Assembly: GCA_000004985.1 (NCBI GenBank)
Contig: GG738863.1
DNA from: Naegleria gruberi
Lineage: Eukaryota
Length of the DNA stretch: 64,000 nt
Direction: 5' to 3' (one strand)
The notes below the pieces were generated by a model, which saw nothing but the letters and a program-made list of their open reading frames with translations, made no database searches and had not been told where the DNA came from. Made by a program: the position numbers and the translations under genes. Below, one piece after another: positions 42,895 to 51,865 of the stretch (the stretch's first letter is position 1; each line of letters begins with the position of its first letter).

Positions 42895-42933
42895 GTGCAA
42901 AAACACGTATTTATTCCTTCCTCGTTTTTGCAC
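42895..42933. repeat. Perfect 10-bp inverted repeat (hairpin) about 125 bp upstream of the PDI start codon.
   Basis: GTGCAAAAAC-(19 nt loop ACGTATTTATTCCTTCCTC)-GTTTTTGCAC. Confidence 0.6.
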
Positions 42934-43058
42934 GCCATCAAGACATTAAGTCCAGGTTAGTCCTTTCGTTGGTTGTGTGAGAGAATTATAAATTAAATCG
43001 AATTGCTGATCCACGTCTAACAAGAAACAATTCGATAAAAAATTACAAGATAAAAAAA

Positions 43059-44489
43059 ATGAAGAGCATTATCATCGCAATCTTGATTGCTCTCTTTGCT
43101 TGCACTTTTGTGTTTGCACAAGATTCTGTTGTTGATCTTACATCAAAGAACTTTGAAGAAAAGTTACAAGAAAAGGAATTTGCCTTGATTGAATTCTTTG
43201 CTCCATGGTGTGGTCATTGTAAGAAATTGGTCCCTGAATATAATAAGCTCGCTGAAAAGTTTGCTACCAATGAAAAGGTTAACATTTTCAAGGTTAATGG
43301 TGACCAAGAATCTGATGTCATGTCTAAGTTTGAAATTCAAGGTTTCCCAACTATCAAGTTGTTCAAGAATGGTAAATTCTTCAGAGATTATGATGGTGAA
43401 CGTACTGCTGATGCTATTGCTTCTTGGTTGCACAAGAAGACTGGTCCTGTCAGTATTCCAATTGAATCTGCTGAAGCTTTGGATCAATTGAAGGCTTCCT
43501 CTAAGGTTATTGTTGTTGGTTTCGTTTCATCAAAGACTTCTGAAACCTACAAGAAGTTCCTCCAAGCTGCTGATGATAAGGATTTGGAAGAATTCATTGT
43601 TGCTGAAGTTGTTGACAATGCTGAATTGAATGCCAAATTCGATATTAAGCAAGATTCTGTTGTTGTTATCAGAGATTTTGATGCTACTCCTGCTGTTTCT
43701 ACTGATTTCGATGCTATTGCCACTTTTGTCAAGGATAATGGTTATCCATTGGTTGATGAAGTTAGTGGTGCTACTTTCCAAAGATTTGTTGATAAGGCTT
43801 TGCCAATTGGTGTCCTTTTCATTGATTTCTCCAATGCTGAAACTAAACAAAAGCACGTTGAAGAATTGAACGAAATTGCTCAATCATTCAAGGGTAAGGT
43901 TTCATTGGGTTACTCTGATGCTGCTGTTTATGGTGGTCAATTGGAAGTTATGGGTGGTAAGAAGGATGCCATTCCAGGTTTCGCTGTCATGGATTTGGAA
44001 ACTAGATCAAACTATCCACTCAATATTGATACTGTTAATAAGGAAGAAATCATTGCTTTCCTTACCAAGGTTTTGGCTGGTGAAGTTCCAAAGTTCTTGA
44101 GATCTCAAGAAATTCCAGAAGAAAACAATGAAGCTGTTAAGGTTGTTGTCGGAAAGTCATTTGATGATTTGGTTATTAACAATGATAATGATGTTTTGCT
44201 CGAATTCTATGCTCCATGGTGTGGTCACTGTAAGTCACTCGAACCAAAGTACACTCAATTGGCTGAAGAATTGAAGTCTGTCTCTGGTTTGGTTATTGCC
44301 AAGATTGATGCTTCTGAAAATGATACTCCAATCAACATTGAAGGTTTCCCAACCATTTACTTCTTCCCTAAGGGTGGTAAGGCTTCTCCAGTTTTGTATG
44401 AAGGTGATAGAACTGTTGAAAGCTTAAAGACTTTCTTACAAAAGAATGCTGTTGGTGCTGTTTTCACTGAAAAGAAGGACGAATTGTAA
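43059..44489 (+). CDS. PDI: Protein disulfide isomerase (ER-lumenal, a-b-b'-a' architecture).
   Basis: The 476-aa product has a signal peptide (MKSIIIAILIALFACTFVFA). It carries two thioredoxin active sites (FFAPWCGHCKKL and FYAPWCGHCKSL) and the C-terminal ER-retrieval signal KDEL. Confidence 0.9.
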   Translation: MKSIIIAILIALFACTFVFAQDSVVDLTSKNFEEKLQEKEFALIEFFAPWCGHCKKLVPEYNKLAEKFATNEKVNIFKVNGDQESDVMSKFEIQGFPTIKLFKNGKFFRDYDGERTADAIASWLHKKTGPVSIPIESAEALDQLKASSKVIVVGFVSSKTSETYKKFLQAADDKDLEEFIVAEVVDNAELNAKFDIKQDSVVVIRDFDATPAVSTDFDAIATFVKDNGYPLVDEVSGATFQRFVDKALPIGVLFIDFSNAETKQKHVEELNEIAQSFKGKVSLGYSDAAVYGGQLEVMGGKKDAIPGFAVMDLETRSNYPLNIDTVNKEEIIAFLTKVLAGEVPKFLRSQEIPEENNEAVKVVVGKSFDDLVINNDNDVLLEFYAPWCGHCKSLEPKYTQLAEELKSVSGLVIAKIDASENDTPINIEGFPTIYFFPKGGKASPVLYEGDRTVESLKTFLQKNAVGAVFTEKKDEL

Positions 44490-45114
44490 ATTTACATTTT
44501 AAACCCAATCTCTAAATAAATATATTTATTCATAAAAAGTTATTCTTCAATCAATAATTAGAACTTCAACAATATTAAGGTTGTTTTCAAAAGAATTTAG
44601 TTGTACTATTATTGCACAGCTGTTTTCTGTAGATGAGAAAATGGACAAAAAAATCACAAGTAAATGATCAACAATTAAAACTAGTGAATGTAGTGTTCGA
44701 TATCGATAGAAAAGAGAATAACCACATACATTGTTTGGTTGGAATTAGTGTTATTTTAACATGGGTATGACTCATAGTAGGAAATAGATGATGTTCATAA
44801 AATGGTTGAAGTACAAACAAAGAAGAAAATAGAGGATAATGGATGACAATTTAAAGTTTTTAAATTATGTGGATGACAAATTTCTTCATATGAAACTCCA
44901 ATGTAAAATATTATTCAATATTAAATTATATTATAAATTTGTTTTATTTATCGCGGAAGAGAGATTATCATTAAAATTTTAATTGGTTCTATCAATTAAC
45001 AACAATTTTCTCTTCGCCAGGTGTTCTTTTTGTAAACGGTTGACTTGGTCATTGGTAACAAATTTGTTTTTAAAAAAAAAGTCTCTACGTAGATTTATCC
45101 ACCATTATATAAAA

Positions 45115-45764
45115 ATGTCGAACAGTTTCAATCTTTTGGAACACGCTTCAAACAGCGATCCACTCGAAATTGCTTCATCTGCCAAGAAGGAAGTTAAGCA
45201 AGAAAAGCCAAAAGTTGAAGAAAAGAAGCCAGTTCAACAACAAAGAAAGCCAAAGCCAACTTCTGCTCCATCCGAAGTTGTCGAAGAAGGTTTCCAAGGA
45301 ACCCGTTCTAAGACTAGAGGTGGTAGACAACAACACCAAGGATACCAACCACCAAAGAAGGGTAGAACTTTCGATCGTCATGTCTCTGGTACTGGTANNN
45401 NNNNNNNNNNNNNNNNNNNNNNNNNNNNNNNNNNNNNNNNNNNNNNNTTCCAAAAGGAAAAGAAGAAGGTTGAAAAGGCTGCTGAAAAGAGTCTGCTGCT
45501 TCTAAGCCAAAGACTGTTGCTGTTTCTGAATTCTTAGATACTGCTTCAATTGAAAAGATCAAGGAAAGAAGAGATAAGGAATTGTTGGAAGGTCCAAAGC
45601 AACCAAGAGGTCCAAGACAAGACAGACCAGAAAGAACTGATAGAAAGGGTGGTAAGCCACAAAACAAGGGTCAAAAGGGTGCCAAGCCAGCCTCAGGCCA
45701 AAAGAAGCCACGTCCAGTCATCAACAAGGAAAAGGACTTCCCTGCTCTCAGCCCACAAAACTAA
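45115..45764 (+). CDS. Stm1/SERBP1/HABP4-family mRNA- and ribosome-associated protein; the coding sequence is interrupted by an N gap, with the frame shifting across it.
   Basis: The product begins MSNSFNLLEHASNSDPLEIASSAKKEVKQEKPKVEEKKPVQQQRKPKPTSAPSEVVEEGFQGTRSKTRGGRQQHQGYQPPKKGRTFDRHVSGTG. The N-terminal NxFxLL motif and the FDRH-SGTG motif match Stm1 (TDRHSRTGK). After the gap it continues in another frame: ...LEGPKQPRGPRQDRPERTDRKGGKPQNKGQKG.... Confidence 0.55.
45398..45447. other. Assembly gap (50 N) inside the Stm1-like coding sequence.
   Basis: A run of n characters; the reading frame differs on the two sides. Confidence 0.99.
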
Positions 45765-45816
45765 ATTTGTTGAACCTAAAAAAAACCATATAAATATAAT
45801 TTAAAATTCTTAAAAT

Positions 45817-46515
45817 TTATTCATAATTTATTTTAGCACTTTTCCATGTTTTTCCCCAATTTTCATCTGTTTGAATATGACCCTTTCTTACATACTTGGC
45901 AATATTTCGTTCAAAATCCTTGTTTGCAAATGTTTGAGTTGATTTGATAACAAATCCTTCTAGACCTTCTCCTCCTCCGACTTGACTAATCTTCTTATCT
46001 TTAATTCTTTCATCCATCCATTGTTTAATTTCATCAAGAGAAGTGAATGTACCTCTGTATAGAACTGGAACAATTGGAACCATACTCGATAAATCATTAT
46101 CATTAATAAAATTGATCATTTCATCCCATCCATACCATCTATTATCTTGTAAATCTAAAATTGCAAATAAATAAAAGTATGATTTCAAATTATTATATTC
46201 TATAGAGTGAATTCCGTACATATTCTCTCCAAACAATACTAAATGATCAGGTATCAGAAATGAAAATTGAGAATATAATTGTTTGATAGGTCCAAAACTT
46301 GCATGTGTTGCCTCCTTATTTGTTGTTCTAGCAAAGATCTTTCCTTGAAATAATTGACAATTGCCACCATCCATCTTTTCGGTAATAATCACTTCTTGAC
46401 CAACAAATTGTGTACAATGTTGATTGGAAAGTACAACATCATCATCTTGATGTTCGGGAGAGAATGGTAAATGTGGTGTTTTTGGATACTTTTGTGTTTG
46501 AAATTTAGATGCCAT
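45817..46515 (-). CDS. Minimal ATP-dependent polynucleotide (RNA) ligase-like protein of the covalent nucleotidyltransferase superfamily; intronless.
   Basis: The 232-aa single-exon ORF carries ligase motif I (TEKMDGGNC, KxDGxN with the lysine nucleophile). It also has motif III (LVLFGENMYG), motif IV (EGLEGFVIKS, EGxVxK) and motif V (AKYVRKGH). Confidence 0.6.
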   Translation of the reverse strand: MASKFQTQKYPKTPHLPFSPEHQDDDVVLSNQHCTQFVGQEVIITEKMDGGNCQLFQGKIFARTTNKEATHASFGPIKQLYSQFSFLIPDHLVLFGENMYGIHSIEYNNLKSYFYLFAILDLQDNRWYGWDEMINFINDNDLSSMVPIVPVLYRGTFTSLDEIKQWMDERIKDKKISQVGGGEGLEGFVIKSTQTFANKDFERNIAKYVRKGHIQTDENWGKTWKSAKINYE

Positions 46516-46540
46516 TATTATTAAAAGTGTTGATTGTTTT

Positions 46541-46740
46541 TTTTGATTTTCTTGTTCTCAATAGTAATTTAAAGATAAAGTATTCTGAGATTCAAATCTA
46601 TATTTAACTCTCAGTTTTGAATTTGAAACTTTTTTACAACAAATGTTTATTTAACAGATTCTGTTAAGTTCAAATGAGTTACATATTCCAATCCTCACTT
46701 TCAACAGTTTTCATCAAATAATTAAATATATTGAAAGTGG
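46541..46740 (+). repeat. Copy A of a duplicated non-coding segment (about 80% identical to 47345-47452), with an internal insertion of about 105 bp.
   Basis: TTCTTGTTCTCAATAGTAATTTAAAGATAAAGTA (46548-46582) and CCAATCCTCACTTTCAACAGTTTTCATCAAATAATTAAATATATTGAAAG (46689-46738) align with 47351-47450 in the same orientation. Confidence 0.6.
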
Positions 46741-47204
46741 GATCACATAATCCATTCCTCATTATACTTGCAGGCATCAATGGCAGGTATCCATAGCATT
46801 AATCATCAATGAAGAACCTCTAATATCAGTGAAATTGGAGGCCTTGTTTGACAGCTGGATATCATTTACATAATATGATGCTTTTAAGGAATAATCCATA
46901 AGATAAGATCCAGAAAATTCGTGAAATGATTTAACAAGTAGTAAATCAATACTATTTCATTGACTTTTGCTCTAGTACCACTATTATACCAATTCAATTT
47001 TTGATGGCTGTATGTTAGCCAATCTGTTTCTGATTGCTGTGCTAATAGTTTGAGTGTATTGAACAATATTTGTTGGACCTATCACTTGATACAGCTTATG
47101 TGGGTAATTGAAAGTTTAACTAAAATAAATAAATAATACAAAAGCTTCAATAATTACATAAATAAAAAGCTTCAAAACTGTTCGCGTTTTAAAGAAATAA
47201 AAAA

Positions 47205-47278
47205 TACGCCGTAAGGGAGTCGAACCCTTGACCTTCAGCGTGTAAAGCTGACGATCTAACCAACTGATCTAACGGCGC
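47205..47278 (-). tRNA. tRNA-Val(UAC): tRNA-Val, anticodon UAC; no intron.
   Basis: Minus-strand sequence GCGCCGT-TA-GATC-AGTTGGTTA-GATC-G-TCAGC-TTTACAC-GCTGA-AGGTC-AAGGG-TTCGACT-CCCTT-ACGGCGT-A. The acceptor stem is 7 bp (with G1-U72), and the D, anticodon and T stems all pair perfectly. It has a GTTCGA T-loop, U33 and A37, and anticodon TAC. A T-rich run follows the 3' end (minus-strand sense). Confidence 0.85.
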
Positions 47279-47344
47279 TTGCAACATTTCCAAAAAATTT
47301 CCTAACTAATCAAATCAACATTAAAATCCTAAATGTAAACTTGT

Positions 47345-47452
47345 CCTTTTTCTTGTTCTTAATAGCTATCAGTAAAGATAAAGTAAATTTTCATTTCTTC
47401 TCCTCACTTTCAATAGTTTCATCAAATAATAAATTTATATTTAAATAAATTC
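47345..47452 (+). repeat. Copy B of the duplicated segment, immediately upstream of the U1-C start codon.
   Basis: TTCTTGTTCTTAATAGCTATCAGTAAAGATAAAGTAAATTTT...CTCCTCACTTTCAATAGTTTCATCAAATAATAAATTTATATTTAAATAAA aligns with 46548-46738. Confidence 0.6.
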
Positions 47453-47475
47453 GCAAATGAACAAGAAGTAAAAAA

Positions 47476-48156
47476 ATGCCTAAATTCTATTGCGATTATT
47501 GTGATGTATTTTTAACAAATGATTCAATTTCTGTCCGAAAACTTCATTGCAAAGGTTGGAGACATAAAACCAATGTAAGAGCTTTTTTTGCTCAATTTGT
47601 TGGAGATCCTACAAGTGCTCTCATGGTTTCAACTCAACAAGTGCCTAAAGAAGACGCAAAGGAAGTTCCAAGTTTAATGATTGGAGTACAACCCGAACAA
47701 ATGATGATGGGTGTACCTTTACTAGTGAATGGAATGCTTGTACAAAATGGAGTTATTCTTCCAAATCCTTCAGCATCAGGAACAATGATGATCTTACAAA
47801 ATAATTTATCAAATACAAACAATAATCAAACAATACAAACATCATCAACAACAACAACAACATCATCTTCTGCTGCTAGTAATCCTACTCAACATATTTC
47901 TAATAATGTACTTCATGCAATAGGTCAAATGACAAAAACACCAGAAAATTCAATTCCTCCATTCCCTGATACCTCATTCAAGCCACCATTTGCAGATGAA
48001 AATTCACAACAACCAAATTGGTTTTTATTTCCTCCACCACCTCCTCCTCACTTGATTAATTTATGTCCAAATATTCCACTTACAGGAAGTTATCAGCAAA
48101 CAGCACCATCACCTCCATTCCCATACATGTTACAAAAACAAAAAGTTGTAAATTAA
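47476..48156 (+). CDS. SNRPC: U1 small nuclear ribonucleoprotein C (U1-C, matrin-type C2H2 zinc finger).
   Basis: The N-terminus [34 protein letters not shown] is nearly identical to the U1-C zinc finger ([34 protein letters not shown]). The C-terminal half is low-complexity M/P/Q-rich, as in U1-C orthologues. Confidence 0.85.
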   Translation: [226 protein letters not shown]

Positions 48157-49611
48157 TTGATCAATGTCACTAAGAGTTTGAATAATTGCAATTACCACAA
48201 AAAACAGATGGGATTTGCACTTAATAAAATAGCCATTTCTGTTCTCAATCTTGTTCTAAATATTTCATAATGTGAAATTCATAAATATTGTGTTTGCCTC
48301 AATGATTTTGAACTATTTGTTTGTTGGACCATCAAGTCAATCTCATCTTTTAATTATTGTTTAATGTCTTGTTCTTTTAATTTCATTACCGTGAAAGGAT
48401 GAATGGTGATATTAATCAAGATTGTAGATATTTTTTTAACTGAAGGAGATGAGGATTGGTTGACTTGTTGTGAAAATTAAGGTAATGGTCAAGCAAAACT
48501 GTAAACACCTTACAATGTGACTCACTACAGAAAGGCTCTAAAATGTTTCCAATAAGTGCATTTAGTCCAGTTATTCACCAACTCCTTTAGTGAATTGGAT
48601 TTATTCGAATCATCATATTTGACCACAAGACCGACGTGGACTTCCTCTATTGGAAACCTCACACAACCAATTCATACTTGAACAATAACATCCGTAGTTT
48701 AACACGAAGTGAACAGTAGTTTGATTTGTAAACTTGTCAATTGAGAATCTACTTTTTTAAAAAATCTGTAGTTGAATTTTGGCACTTTTTAATTTATTTC
48801 TTTTATTGGTTTGAAATCACATGAAAAAGAAAGACAGACCCACATTAATTTCAAAATAACAATTGTCACTATTATACCTTCATTTTGATGTTTCAGTCCG
48901 TTCCTTCTATTTTTTAACACGAATCTCTTAATTTACCAAAATTTTCTAATTTCAGTAAATTGTGCACAAATAATCACAAACATTTCTTGATTGGATTACA
49001 AAGCAACAAAAGCAACACGGCTCCCAAAACTCACTCTTATTGTATTGAACTATAAAGATGTTTCATCATTGTAACATATATTCTATTGGTTCGCCCAACC
49101 ATTTAATACTACTGCAGCATTTACTTGAGAGCTGTTGTAGTTGAACTGTAAAACTGTAACAATTAGCTTATCCACACACACATCGTGTGAACATCAACGT
49201 TTAGAGCCGTTAATGGTTCAGTGCAGTGGTTGAAGAAGAGGAGGTTTCACTGATGTGATGTAGTTCAGTGTGTGAAGGTAATAATAAGTATTTTTGGGTA
49301 AATCATGAGAGGCTTCAAGAAGAGCACTGCAATAGGTGTTAATAACATCAAATTGATGCGCATCGTTTAGGCGCCCAACGAATCCTGCAGTGCATTAAAC
49401 AGGTCGTTCAACGGAGCAATTTGTACCAACACCAAAATTTCTGGCTGGTTATTATTATCTTTGTTGTGTGGTTTTAAAAAGAAGCCGACGCAGTAATTTT
49501 TTATTTATTCATCCAAAAAAACACAACAACAACATTGCCACACAGCAACCAATAGCGAATTGATTGCCCGCCATTTTTCACTTCCAATATTCACTCGCAC
49601 TCTAGTCTGAA

Positions 49612-49938
49612 ATGTGTCATCCACAAACTATTCAATATCAAACCATCGAATGTGCTTCACCAAGTTTACATTTTGTGAATCCAAAGATAATGTTTGCTAG
49701 TACTCCTGTTTCAAAAAGAGTTGTTCAACCTCCAGAACAATTTGCAATTTATAAGAGAGCTAAGGAGGAATTGAGAAGAGATACACATAATCAACTTTTA
49801 ATGGAACAAGCTTCTGGACAATCATATAAGAATGTTTGTCGTAAGCTTGTTTTTGATAATATGGATGATGATGATGTCACAATTACATCACCATCTAACT
49901 TTCAAATCCATACTCCAAAGTTGTTTGGTCAACCATAA
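49612..49938 (+). CDS. Hypothetical small protein (about 108 aa or shorter).
   Basis: ORF following the 1.45 kb ORF-free region. Its acidic DNMDDDDV tract and basic KRAKEELRRD tract are not diagnostic. The true start may be the internal Met (MFASTPVSK). Confidence 0.3.
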   Translation: MCHPQTIQYQTIECASPSLHFVNPKIMFASTPVSKRVVQPPEQFAIYKRAKEELRRDTHNQLLMEQASGQSYKNVCRKLVFDNMDDDDVTITSPSNFQIHTPKLFGQP

Positions 49939-50297
49939 TTTTCCTTCTAACATCTACCCCCTACCTACCCTGTAAATTATTCCCTCAATTTTGAAGTATT
50001 TATTTCTCTAGGCATGCAACTGAGTAACTTGTAAATATCTGAATGACATTTTGGTAATAAACATTAAAGTCAATTTTCACCATTCAACACATAAAAAATG
50101 TTATTTTAGCAATGAACCCCTAAATCGTTTGGGCTTCTAGGGGAATTCGCTCTTACAACCTTCAACTAAGAACAAGCAAAGAAGTTTCACACAAGTTGTT
50201 GTAATCGATAGGTGAAACTACAGATAATCCTTCCTTCCATTGCAAAACTGTAGATGATTTTATTGTGTACTAGATTCTACTTCATTGTCGAACATTC

Positions 50298-51629
50298 TTA
50301 TAATTTTGATACATTTTGAAAAGAGGGAAGAAATCTATCCACAATAACTGACCATCTCTGATTAATATCAATTCCTTGTTCTAATTTTCTTGATACTATT
50401 TCTCTGATTCCTGTATTCGAATTTTGTTTGAAAAGATTGAAGAGCATTAAAATTTCATCATCTGTTAATCTAAATAGAATGCATGAAGCTGTGGATGGCG
50501 AAATATTTTGTTTCACCGTTAAATAGTTGAAGGCACCATTTAAATATTGTTTGCTTCTCATTAGACGAAACAATCCAATAAGTGTCAGTATTATGAATGG
50601 TATCTTTGATACTCTGGCAAACCATCTTGGAAAAGATGGAAGATCTGATGTGATACTAATGATTGAAATCAAGTAGAAAAGCAATGACTCTGATGAACCT
50701 CTTGTAATTGGAGAAAGCAATTTCCTAAGTCTACTTGGTGAAAGAGAGTAAGCAAACTCTTCCTCAAACATTTCAGATCCAACACATTCCCTACATGCAT
50801 GTATAATTTCGTGTAATATCAATTCGTTTCTATCGAGAGAATAATATATTTGTTTATCCTTGAGAAGTGAATGTAATTGAATGAATACTCCAAATCCTTT
50901 CACAGAAATACTAATACCTCCACTTGTCAATGGAAGTGAGTTGCTTTCATAAATTCCAGGAATCCATAAACAATTTTGAATTCCAAATTTTTCTTTCAAT
51001 GGCTGTGTTACTTCTGCATTTTGAAAATGTTCCACAGGAATAAATTCATTCTTTCCCTTTAGGTAGATTTTTCTATATGATTCACATTTTAAAACTAGTC
51101 TAATTTGTTTGATGATAAATGAAATATACTCGTGATATGTTTTGGTTTTACCCCAAATAAATCCACATTTGTCAAGATAGATCAATATTTCTTTTGGAAT
51201 TGGTTGACCATCTTTCAACTCGTTCAGATATTTAATAATTGTTGGCAATTCCTTATTAATCGTCATTAACTGTACAAATTGAGATTTTTCGAGTGTGGTC
51301 AAAATATCCACTCCACCTCCCAAAGATTCTACCAAACTATTTACAATAAATTTAACATTTAATTCCAACCAATTATTATTCAATATAGTATTCAATGATT
51401 CTTTCCGACCTTGAACATCAACTTTAAAATTATTCAACCATTTAAATATCCTATTCTTGTTCTTGTAATAATAATCATCCTGATATTCATCTTTAAATAA
51501 TAAGAATAGCAAACTAGTCTTGCTCTTTACATAAACAATTAGTAATTTCAGAATTTCAATCCTCATCAAATCCAAGTCTTCTTCCGATCGATCAACATTC
51601 GGAACAAGTGCTTGTTGTTTAATTTTCAT
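50298..51629 (-). CDS. Hypothetical protein with a candidate HExxH zinc-metalloprotease motif and C-terminal hydrophobic segments.
   Basis: The 443-aa ORF contains LILHEIIHACRECVGSEMFEEE (HExxH followed by acidic residues). It has two predicted transmembrane helices near the C-terminus (LLFYLISIISITSDL, IPFIILTLIGLFRLM). I cannot assign a family. Confidence 0.35.
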   Translation of the reverse strand: MKIKQQALVPNVDRSEEDLDLMRIEILKLLIVYVKSKTSLLFLLFKDEYQDDYYYKNKNRIFKWLNNFKVDVQGRKESLNTILNNNWLELNVKFIVNSLVESLGGGVDILTTLEKSQFVQLMTINKELPTIIKYLNELKDGQPIPKEILIYLDKCGFIWGKTKTYHEYISFIIKQIRLVLKCESYRKIYLKGKNEFIPVEHFQNAEVTQPLKEKFGIQNCLWIPGIYESNSLPLTSGGISISVKGFGVFIQLHSLLKDKQIYYSLDRNELILHEIIHACRECVGSEMFEEEFAYSLSPSRLRKLLSPITRGSSESLLFYLISIISITSDLPSFPRWFARVSKIPFIILTLIGLFRLMRSKQYLNGAFNYLTVKQNISPSTASCILFRLTDDEILMLFNLFKQNSNTGIREIVSRKLEQGIDINQRWSVIVDRFLPSFQNVSKL

Positions 51630-51865
51630 CCTTTATGCATTGGTGTATAGGGAATATTTTGAAAGGCTTTAAATTATTTTTTTGAATTACAAATAACTAA
51701 TAAGAATTAACAAATATATTATTGAGGAAGATTGTGATGAATGTTTGATTTATGTGTATGATTGATTCATCTTTTAAAATTTCAAATCTAGCCTTGATCC
51801 TCTTTAATACAATTTTTCATTAAAATTTATTACAAAATTAAAAAAAACTAGGCTACAAGAAAGAG

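Noticed and set aside
47476-47600. Possible 31-nt intron (GTAAGAGC...GGAG) after HKTN in U1-C.
   Set aside because: It is too short for a spliceosomal intron. Read-through keeps the frame open and preserves the conserved HKxNV motif.
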